From: a virus
Taxonomy: Duplodnaviria > Caudoviricetes
Virus record (IMG/VR): IMGVR_UViG_3300006120_000082
Location: 1 to 26,201 of that record
DNA length: 26,201 bases
Reading direction: 5' to 3' (one strand)
The notes beneath the pieces are model-generated. The model searched no databases. It saw only the letters and a list, made by a program, of their open reading frames with translations, and was not told the DNA's origin. Every line of letters starts with the position of its first letter. Position 1 is the stretch's first letter. A program made the position numbers and the translations under genes. Positions 1 through 7,139 of this stretch are shown piece after piece.

Positions 1-158
1 GCGGCTTGTTCGACTTGTATTTGATAATTAGAAAAACGCAAATGTTCCACATAAAAACCAGCCCCAAAGCCACCAAGTAAAAGACCAATATATATGTAGA
101 TTTGGACACTAGAACCACCCATAAATTCAGTCGCTAGACTTAATAGATTTTTAAACAT
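1..158 (-). CDS. Rz-like inner-membrane spanin (partial, runs off the left edge; not in the ORF track)
   Basis: ATG at 158-156 overlaps the holin stop (TAATG). Translated by hand: MFKNLLSLATEFMGGSSVQIYIYIGLLLGGFGAGFYVEHLRFSNYQIQVEQA..., an N-terminal TM helix followed by a polar helical region, located just after a holin-like gene. Confidence 0.6.
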   Translation of the reverse strand, partial: MFKNLLSLATEFMGGSSVQIYIYIGLLLGGFGAGFYVEHLRFSNYQIQVEQA

Positions 159-394
159 TATTGCCCTTCTGGTTCTGCGCCAGCAAGCTGTTTGCCAGCA
201 ACACTAGCCGCACCAGAGCCAGACACAATGCCTAATGCGCCAGCCAGTTCGGTAAGGCTAATCTCTTTTCCAGCATATATTAAATATATAGCCGCACCAC
301 CAACAAGCAAAAAGCCAAGCATCCAAGCCATTCTAGCAATACAGAAAGTTTGATTATCTTTTCCAGTCAGAATGTGCGTTAATATTTTATTCAT
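158..394 (-). CDS. putative holin (2 TM helices)
   Basis: 78 aa with two hydrophobic segments (MAWMLGFLLVGGAAIYLIYA; LAGALGIVSGSGAASVAG); lies in the lysis position next to the spanin-like gene. Confidence 0.6.
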   Translation of the reverse strand: MNKILTHILTGKDNQTFCIARMAWMLGFLLVGGAAIYLIYAGKEISLTELAGALGIVSGSGAASVAGKQLAGAEPEGQ

Positions 395-850
395 TTATAT
401 TACTCCCAATACAAACTTTAACCATAATGTTACTATTAATGCGGCCACAAAACACCACATTTGCACCCGCCTAATTTCTTTTAAATCATGTTGAAATTCT
501 TGATTTTCTTTTCTTTCAAGATTTTCAATATCTAATTTAATTCTCAATACTGCATCCCATTCTTTTGCGCCATATTTCTTAACAAAATCTATTTTAAGTT
601 TTGCTTCTTCCTCAGAAATTTGCTTTTTGCGCTTCCATTCATCTAAGGCTTTAATTAATGCCTTTTCTTTCTTTAATTCAGTTTCCCTACGCAATCTAAT
701 GCGTTCTTGAGCCTTTCTATTAGCCAAGTCAACGCCATCTTGCTGGATGCCTTCAATGCTTTTAGATAGTCCATGCGTAGCCTTTCTAGTCGAATCTAAT
801 GATCCGCTTAATGCTTTAATGCCCTGTTCAATACCAAGATGATCTGACAC
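395..850 (-). CDS. coiled-coil protein with C-terminal TM anchor, unknown function
   Basis: Highly charged helical body (K/E/R rich) ending in WCFVAALIVTLWLKFVLGVI; abuts both neighbours. Confidence 0.7.
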   Translation of the reverse strand: MSDHLGIEQGIKALSGSLDSTRKATHGLSKSIEGIQQDGVDLANRKAQERIRLRRETELKKEKALIKALDEWKRKKQISEEEAKLKIDFVKKYGAKEWDAVLRIKLDIENLERKENQEFQHDLKEIRRVQMWCFVAALIVTLWLKFVLGVI

Positions 851-851
851 A

Positions 852-1064
852 TCACTTGCTCATAAAGTAATGGGTTAAAAATCCAATAAAGGTACTAAAT
901 GCCGACACTACGGCCATCCCAACCCAGAAACCGCCCTTTGATTGATTGGCAAGGGCTAATAGCGTTTCCATGCCTTCTTCCAGCTTATCAACCTTTACGG
1001 TTAAATCGTCAACTTTTTGCCATAACTGGCCGTATTTAACTGGGTCAATTTGAAAATCGGACAT
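852..1064 (-). CDS. XhlA/holin-like small membrane protein
   Basis: Short heptad region (VDDLTVKVDKLEEGMETLL) plus C-terminal TM (GGFWVGMAVVSAFSTFIGFL), the usual architecture of phage XhlA-like lysis-cassette proteins. Confidence 0.6.
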   Translation of the reverse strand: MSDFQIDPVKYGQLWQKVDDLTVKVDKLEEGMETLLALANQSKGGFWVGMAVVSAFSTFIGFLTHYFMSK

Positions 1065-1112
1065 AACAAAACCATATCAAAGTTTAGGGAATATATTGTA
1101 TTGTCCGATGTA

Positions 1113-1544
1113 TTACAGAATGTATTTTATCACTTCTTCGGGTTTTAAAAACGCATCAGGGTTATATTCAGTAAAATCCCACCAGAGAAATTGATTCTGG
1201 GCAAGATAATCACGGGACTTTAGTAAATTAGTATTTTCTGGATGCCCATAGATTAATGGATCAGACACAGACCATAATACAACGCCAGGCTTTTGACAAT
1301 CCCATGCTAGATGCTGAAAAAAACTATCACAACCAATCCAGATGCGGCACTCAGCAATTAATTCACGCAATCTTGCAACTGGAAGATTCTTTAAGAATTT
1401 GGGGGCTATCTGTTCTTCGCCATCAACTCCGACTTGGACAATTTCCTCAGAAATTAATGCTAACAATTCTTTCCAATAAGGGTAATTTTTAGGGTTAGTT
1501 TTGCCGTTAATTAATGGTTTGGCAAACGGGGCAATTAATATCAT
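1113..1544 (-). CDS. glycosyltransferase family 9 (heptosyltransferase-like), C-terminal lobe only
   Basis: ILIAPFA...KNYPYWKELL...IVQVG...LRELIAECRIWIGCDSFFQHLA...KPGVVLWSVSDP matches the GT9 nucleotide-sugar-binding lobe pattern (KxW/YP; DSxxxHLA; PxVxLF/W). Only 143 aa; ATGA overlap with the upstream gene. Confidence 0.75.
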   Translation of the reverse strand: MILIAPFAKPLINGKTNPKNYPYWKELLALISEEIVQVGVDGEEQIAPKFLKNLPVARLRELIAECRIWIGCDSFFQHLAWDCQKPGVVLWSVSDPLIYGHPENTNLLKSRDYLAQNQFLWWDFTEYNPDAFLKPEEVIKYIL

Positions 1545-3115
1545 ATATACAGCTTTCTATAAGCATTTTCTAAGCTATCTTTCCAATCCCATTGCGCCAT
1601 CTTTTTATAGATATTCCAGCGGTCTAAATCGCCAAACAATGCTTGTGCTTCTGCTATTGATCTGCCTGGCACGATTTCTGGATAGCAAGTAAATACCATA
1701 GGGTTATGTATATCAGGTAGCACATGAGAAAACACGATATGATCACCAGCCCCGCAATTAAGCACAACAACGGTGTAGTCGGCAAGCTGTAGTGTATTTC
1801 TAAAAATTTGTTCATCATGGGCGTACATCCCTTCATTTGTTTCAGACCTTATGCCGCCTTGCGCTTTTAAATGCCAAGTTACTGCATGAGGGGCAACCAG
1901 TAATTTATATCCTTTTTGATGCAATCCATAAGTAAATAGCGTTTCTTCCCGATGGGCTACACGGGATAAACCTAAGTTATAGTCATGTACGCCAGCACGA
2001 TATAAGAATGAGCAATGCAAATGCTCTACAAAATCTGATTTATTGATAATTCCCCATTGAATATTGGGTTCTTTATCAATGTCGGCAATTTTTCCTGTAG
2101 ATTTTGATGTATCAAATATTGCTGGTAAAGTCAAAATTGACCCACCAACTGCGCCTATTGGATCGCCAACTTTAGACACTTCGCTTGCATAGGTATAAAG
2201 CTGTTCTAATACATTGGGTTCTGGAATAGCATCATCATCTACACGCCAAACCCATTTGTAGCCCATCTCATTCGCTTTTTGATGGATATGATGCTGACCT
2301 TTTTTGTCGGCAAATAACCATTCCCATGCAATTTTCTTGTAATCCAATATTTGAAATATATGCTGGTATATAGGGTTTTCCCGCATATCTTCGGGATTGT
2401 CGTTATCGTCAAAAATAACCAGCTTGTCTGGGCTTTTAGTCTGATTGGCTATAGCCATCAAAACCATTGGCAAAGTCGTTGTATAACGACCTCTAGTGGC
2501 CACAGAACATAAAATTTCTTTCCTTTGTGCCGCTTTGTCCCATTTGGCAATCATTAAATTAAAACGATTGTGTTCATTAATGGGTTGCGGGTAACTTGTA
2601 ATCTGCCCATGTTCCCCAATATAAGAAATATCAAAACCTTGAAAATGGCTTTCGTTTATTCCGTGTAATTTATGATGTTCACCCCAAAACCCTTTTGGTT
2701 CATTCCAGGGGCAAGTAATCAATAATCGTTTGCAATGCTTTTTTAGTTTTTTGGCAATTTCTAAACCATTGTCTAAATGCTCAATAACTTCAAAAGCAAT
2801 AATGGTGTCGTATTGTTCTAGCGAATAAGTGTTGATGTCGGCATTAACAAATTTGTTAATACCATCCCATCCTTGTGCTTTGGCGTTTTCAATTATTTTA
2901 AGGTCGTAATCTAACCCTGTATATTCAATGTCTTTTGGCAAAAACTGTCGGCCATAGCCATTAGAGCAACCAATCTCTAATATCTTTTTGCCTAAAAGAT
3001 TATTTCTAGCCCAAAAATAACGGGTGGATTCTCTAGGATAAACTTCGTCACCTTTTAAGAATACCGCCCGTTCATAGTTGTTCATCAACTCATTTATTTC
3101 ATCTTGTTTTGTCAT
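1541..3115 (-). CDS. fusion: class I SAM methyltransferase + GT2 glycosyltransferase + short GT9-like N-terminal lobe
   Basis: MTase motifs KILEIGCSNGYG, YTGLDYD and YDTIIAFEVIEHL (about aa 1-195). GT-A motifs CSVATRGRY, VIFDDND, WVWRVDDD (DxD) and HREET (about aa 200-440). VVLNCGAGDHIV resembles the GT9 N-terminal xGDxI/V motif (about aa 447-524). Confidence 0.8.
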   Translation of the reverse strand: MTKQDEINELMNNYERAVFLKGDEVYPRESTRYFWARNNLLGKKILEIGCSNGYGRQFLPKDIEYTGLDYDLKIIENAKAQGWDGINKFVNADINTYSLEQYDTIIAFEVIEHLDNGLEIAKKLKKHCKRLLITCPWNEPKGFWGEHHKLHGINESHFQGFDISYIGEHGQITSYPQPINEHNRFNLMIAKWDKAAQRKEILCSVATRGRYTTTLPMVLMAIANQTKSPDKLVIFDDNDNPEDMRENPIYQHIFQILDYKKIAWEWLFADKKGQHHIHQKANEMGYKWVWRVDDDAIPEPNVLEQLYTYASEVSKVGDPIGAVGGSILTLPAIFDTSKSTGKIADIDKEPNIQWGIINKSDFVEHLHCSFLYRAGVHDYNLGLSRVAHREETLFTYGLHQKGYKLLVAPHAVTWHLKAQGGIRSETNEGMYAHDEQIFRNTLQLADYTVVVLNCGAGDHIVFSHVLPDIHNPMVFTCYPEIVPGRSIAEAQALFGDLDRWNIYKKMAQWDWKDSLENAYRKLYI

Positions 3116-3128
3116 GTTTTTATATTAT

Positions 3129-6100
3129 TTAATGTGGATAAACTGCATCGACCCTCATACCAGAAGTTAATCCTGTACCAAATACAATCGATGTGCCGCT
3201 AGTTACTGTTACATCTGTACCATTAACCATCTTAACGCCATTCAAATACACTTCAATTTTGCCAGATGTATAACTTAATGATGTGCTAAATGTTGTTTGA
3301 CTGGCGGTGGCTGTAAACGAATCATAAGTTAATGCAATACCATAACCGCTGTAACCAGAATAGCCAGAATAACCTGATGTGCCAGTTGCGCCAGTAGCAC
3401 CGCTATACCCACTATAACCAGATGTACCTTGTGCGCCAGTTGCTCCAGAGTAACCGCTATATCCAGATGCACCATTTGTACCATTTGTGCCGCTATAACC
3501 AGAATAACCAGATTGCGCTAGTAGATTCCAATAAGTAGTGTTTGTTGGTATTTGGTTAGTATTAGCCAAAATACAGTAGTAGCTAGAACCATTGTAAGAA
3601 ACAATATTTCTAATTACATAAGCGGTTGAACTAGACCATGCGCCTAGCCAAGTATCGCTTGATCCAGAATATCCTGAGTAACCAGAAATTCCAGAATAAC
3701 CGCTATATCCACTAATTCCTGATCCAGAATAGCCGCTATAGCCGCTAATGCCTGATGCGCCATTAGTACCATTTGTTCCAGAATAACCAGATATTCCGCT
3801 AAAGCCAGAATAGCCTGATGTGCCAACTGCGCCTGAGTAACCGCTATATCCAGAATAACCGCTTACGCCAGAACCAGAATATCCGCTATAGCCTGACACT
3901 CCAGAACCGCTATAGCCTGATATGCCTGAGTAGCCAGATATACCGCTAAAGCCAGAATAACCGCTTATACCGCTGTAACCTGATTGGGTATACATTACTT
4001 GAGTTGCGGTAACAATTACACCTGGCGTTACTGGCACAGTTGGCCCAGTCTGTGCGCTAGTTGTTGTAATAGAAATGCTTGTATTAGAAACTGCCCAAGC
4101 TAATTGCAAATAATCACCAGCGGAAACTGTTAAAACATAATTAACTGCGGCAATTAACGCACCAGCACCGCCATGCGCTGTACCTGGCACATTGTAAATA
4201 GAATTACTATCTGCAACATCAGAACCATTTTTTCTTAGCCATACATCGACATTATCGCCATTGGAATCTGAATTTGCAAATTGCAATGAATATTCAAGAT
4301 TGTATGTACCAGCATTTGCAAATTTAATTTGATTACCAGAAACAATGCTTACGCCATTAGCTTCAAATTGATTACCAATGTTTACAACATAAGCTGTTGT
4401 TGTATTTGCGGCAGTTTGATTGGTTGTGTCATAAAAAGAACCATAAAAGCCTTGTACGCCACCGCCACCGTTTTGACCACTAAATCCTGAGTAACCAGAA
4501 ATTCCAGAATAGCCACTTTGACCAACTGCGCCAGAATATCCAGAAATTCCAGAATAACCAGAATAGCCACTTACGCCAGAGCCAGAATATCCGCTGTAAC
4601 CAGAGTAGCCAGAAACACCACTACCGCTATAACCAGAGAATCCGCTAATTCCTGAGTAGCCGCTGTAACCGCTATAACCAGAAACGCCACTACCAGAATA
4701 ACCAGAAATGCCGCTGTAGCCAGAATATCCAGATACACCTGATCCGCTATAGCCTGAGTAACCGCTATATCCACTTACACCACTACCCGAATATCCGCTA
4801 ATGCCAGAATATCCAGAGAATCCGCTGATGCCAGAGTAACCACTTATTCCAGAATAACCTGATGCACCATTAATTCCGCTATACCCAGAAATACCAGAAT
4901 AGCCAGAATATCCACTAATGCCGCTACCCGAATATCCAGAATATCCTGATACGCCAGAACCAGAGTAACCACTAATACCAGAATAGCCACTAAATCCAGA
5001 AATGCCACTATAGCCTGATAATCCATTTTGCCCACTTATTCCTGAGTAGCCGCTATATCCCGATACTCCGCTACCAGAGTAACCGCTGATTCCAGAAAAT
5101 CCAGAATATCCACTTGTGCCAGATTGTCCGACTGCGCCAGAATATCCTGATATACCGCTAAATCCTGAGTAACCAGAAACACCGCTACCAGAATAGCCTG
5201 AAAATCCACTAAAACCGCTTATACCGCTAAATCCAGACCAACCCGATACACCAGACCCAGAATAACCAGAAAACCCGCTATAACCGCTTATACCGCTTCC
5301 GCTAAAGCCAGATATACCAGAGTAACCAGAATATCCAGAAATGCCTGAGAAACCGCTGTAACCAGAAATACCAGAGTAACCCGAAAAACCAGAATAACCA
5401 GATGTGCCTGGTGGCCCTACAATTTCACCTACATTATTCCAAGTTGTGCCAGACCATACATAAAGATCGCCATTGGAAGAAACAATGTAAGCATCATTTG
5501 GAAGATTGCCTACGGCTGGTAAATCTGCTGGTGTTGCAACTGTGCCTTTAATGTTAATGGATGTACCTTGTTGGCCACTATATCCGCTAAATCCAGAATA
5601 ACCAGAAACGCCTGACCCGCTGTAGCCACTTATGCCGCTATATCCAGAATAGCCTGATATACCACTAAACCCCGAATAACCGCTAATACCGCTGTAACCA
5701 GAATATCCAGAAACACCAGAGCCAGAATATCCACTAAAACCTGACCATCCAGAAGTGCCGCTAAATCCTGACCAGCCACTTACACCTGATCCACTAAAGC
5801 CAGATTGACCAGAAAATCCAGAATAGCCAGATATACCAGATTGACCTACTGCGCCACTATATCCAGAAATTCCAGAAAAACCGCTATACCCTGATATACC
5901 GCTACCAGAATAACCAGAATATCCGCTAATTCCAGAAAAACCAGAATAACCAGAATAACCCGAATATCCTGATTTACCAGAATAACCAAATCCAGATGCG
6001 CCACTATAGCCAGAATAACCTGAGTACCCGCTTAATCCTTGTGGGCCAACTAAACCACGATCAATTTTAATGGTTTGATTAGGTGGAGTTGTAACTTTAA

Positions 6101-6173
6101 CTGTCTGCCGTGCTTGTGGCACTACAGACACGGACACATTATTTTGATCCGTTACATTAACTTTTATACCCAT
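3129..6173 (-). CDS. Ser-Gly-X repeat (collagen-like) putative virion fibre/adhesin with embedded globular domains
   Basis: 1014 aa. Four blocks of SG[YFIVW] triplets are separated by a small knob (about 5410-5572), a C1q/TNF/BclA-CTD-like beta domain (about 3990-4470), a CBM5/12-like module (WSSSTAYVIRNIVSYNGSSYYC, about 3515-3657) and a C-terminal ~65-aa beta module (3129 to about 3335). Confidence 0.8.
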   Translation of the reverse strand: MGIKVNVTDQNNVSVSVVPQARQTVKVTTPPNQTIKIDRGLVGPQGLSGYSGYSGYSGASGFGYSGKSGYSGYSGYSGFSGISGYSGYSGSGISGYSGFSGISGYSGAVGQSGISGYSGFSGQSGFSGSGVSGWSGFSGTSGWSGFSGYSGSGVSGYSGYSGISGYSGFSGISGYSGYSGISGYSGSGVSGYSGFSGYSGQQGTSINIKGTVATPADLPAVGNLPNDAYIVSSNGDLYVWSGTTWNNVGEIVGPPGTSGYSGFSGYSGISGYSGFSGISGYSGYSGISGFSGSGISGYSGFSGYSGSGVSGWSGFSGISGFSGFSGYSGSGVSGYSGFSGISGYSGAVGQSGTSGYSGFSGISGYSGSGVSGYSGYSGISGQNGLSGYSGISGFSGYSGISGYSGSGVSGYSGYSGSGISGYSGYSGISGYSGINGASGYSGISGYSGISGFSGYSGISGYSGSGVSGYSGYSGYSGSGVSGYSGYSGISGYSGSGVSGYSGYSGYSGISGFSGYSGSGVSGYSGYSGYSGSGVSGYSGYSGISGYSGAVGQSGYSGISGYSGFSGQNGGGGVQGFYGSFYDTTNQTAANTTTAYVVNIGNQFEANGVSIVSGNQIKFANAGTYNLEYSLQFANSDSNGDNVDVWLRKNGSDVADSNSIYNVPGTAHGGAGALIAAVNYVLTVSAGDYLQLAWAVSNTSISITTTSAQTGPTVPVTPGVIVTATQVMYTQSGYSGISGYSGFSGISGYSGISGYSGSGVSGYSGYSGSGVSGYSGYSGYSGAVGTSGYSGFSGISGYSGTNGTNGASGISGYSGYSGSGISGYSGYSGISGYSGYSGSSDTWLGAWSSSTAYVIRNIVSYNGSSYYCILANTNQIPTNTTYWNLLAQSGYSGYSGTNGTNGASGYSGYSGATGAQGTSGYSGYSGATGATGTSGYSGYSGYSGYGIALTYDSFTATASQTTFSTSLSYTSGKIEVYLNGVKMVNGTDVTVTSGTSIVFGTGLTSGMRVDAVYPH
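3340..6035 (-). repeat. degenerate 9-bp coding tandem repeat (Ser-Gly-X), four blocks
   Basis: Plus-strand units such as ccagaataa, ccgctatat and cctgagtaa, in blocks at about 3340-3512, 3660-3985, 4475-5405 and 5575-6035. Confidence 0.9.
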
Positions 6174-6175
6174 GA

Positions 6176-6664
6176 TTACTCCACAACAATGCCATCAGAG
6201 CGGATCAAAAACAACAAGAAGATAATGTAATCATTTGCGGGGTTTGATCCTGATGCGGGAAAGCTGATTTTGATGCGACCAGAATAAGCAACACAGTCTT
6301 GTGCGCCAATATCTAATTCTGGATCATCAGCCATTAATCCCCAGGTTGAATCGTTAATAACTAAAGTAAATTTGCCTTGTGCGGCAACTTCATTTGTAAT
6401 AGTAAGACTAATAGGCGTTGGAGTTGGGCTGTAATCACCAATATCAAACGACAAGCCATATCTTGAATCTTGCAAATTTGTAACTGTTCTACGAATGATT
6501 TGTGCATCAATCGTGGCAGATGTTAAATCTAATGGCGTTACACCATCAGACCCTACGATGTCTAAATTCCAATAAGTCTGCTGTTCCCAGACCAATTCAC
6601 CCGCTATACAAGGGTTATCAAAACCACTAACTTGAGTGATCGTATTTTGCGAAAACATTGCCAT
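6176..6664 (-). CDS. putative virion structural/adaptor protein (BppU N-terminal-like beta sandwich)
   Basis: PLDLTSATIDAQIIRR...GKFTLVI pattern is typical of small fibre-anchoring domains; ends 2 bp before the SGx fibre gene starts. Confidence 0.5.
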   Translation of the reverse strand: MAMFSQNTITQVSGFDNPCIAGELVWEQQTYWNLDIVGSDGVTPLDLTSATIDAQIIRRTVTNLQDSRYGLSFDIGDYSPTPTPISLTITNEVAAQGKFTLVINDSTWGLMADDPELDIGAQDCVAYSGRIKISFPASGSNPANDYIIFLLFLIRSDGIVVE

Positions 6665-6720
6665 GATTAATCCAATTCTCGATATAGCCCCTATGCCCTC
6701 ACAGGCGGCTTTAAATCATG
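6662..6720 (-). promoter_or_regulatory. structured 5' leader sequestering the start codon
   Basis: mRNA CAUGAUU (6720-6714) is complementary to AAUCAUG (6668-6662), which includes the AUG. The pairing encloses an AGCC/GGCU stem and a GCCU-GUGA-GGGC GNRA-capped hairpin (6686-6710). Confidence 0.5.
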
Positions 6721-6729
6721 TCTTGTATT

Positions 6730-6885
6730 TTATTCTTTGGGCGGTATTACTTCCGCTTGTGCATCTAATTGTTCTTTAATTTTACCAGCCAAAGGCCCTA
6801 ATCCGCTTTTAATTTGAAACTCGCCTAAAGCCATTAACAAGCCAGTTACTTCATCTTGTGTAAGTGTTAATGTAATATCTTTCAT
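6730..6885 (-). CDS. small hypothetical protein, 51 aa (below the ORF-track cutoff)
   Basis: MKDITLTLTQDEVTGLLMALGEFQIKSGLGPLAGKIKEQLDAQAEVIPPKE*; AGGA Shine-Dalgarno 9 nt upstream; fills the gap in the operon. Confidence 0.8.
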   Translation of the reverse strand: MKDITLTLTQDEVTGLLMALGEFQIKSGLGPLAGKIKEQLDAQAEVIPPKE

Positions 6886-6910
6886 TTTTTATATTCCTAT
6901 TGTGGTTAAA

Positions 6911-7138
6911 TTATTTGTTAATTGCCGCTGTAAATGATGTTAAATCATTAGAACCGTAATACTCTGCGCCTTTAGCTACTTGAATTTCAAGATGAGCTTT
7001 GTTACGAGCTACAGTATCAGTCCATTCTTCATCCGTTCCAATCCAATCACTAGGTTTGCCAGCATTGATAAGGTTTACAGAATCCATAGCAGCAGAATAG
7101 TCTTTTGCTACTTGTTCTTCATGGGTAAGTTCAATCAT
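6911..7138 (-). CDS. hypothetical protein, tail-fibre associated
   Basis: 75 aa, starts 1 bp after the fibre stop codon on the same strand. Confidence 0.7.
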   Translation of the reverse strand: MIELTHEEQVAKDYSAAMDSVNLINAGKPSDWIGTDEEWTDTVARNKAHLEIQVAKGAEYYGSNDLTSFTAAINK

Positions 7139-7139
7139 T

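Noticed and set aside
2530-3115. DNA methyltransferase / restriction evasion
   Set aside because: No DPPY/NPPY or PC motif; the FEVIEH pattern and fusion to GT2 point to a small-molecule or sugar methyltransferase.
3644-5035. Short alternative-frame ORFs inside the SGx gene (3644..3826, 4382..4570, 4571..4774, 4844..5035)
   Set aside because: Hydrophobic shadow translations of the 9-bp repeat; no evidence for independent initiation.
3340-6035. CRISPR array or non-coding satellite
   Set aside because: Units are degenerate 9-mers without unique spacers and lie in one open frame, so this is a coding repeat.
3129-6173. Ice nucleation protein
   Set aside because: InaZ-type repeats are 8/16-mers (AGYGSTxT) with TxT motifs; this repeat has 3-residue periodicity and little Thr.
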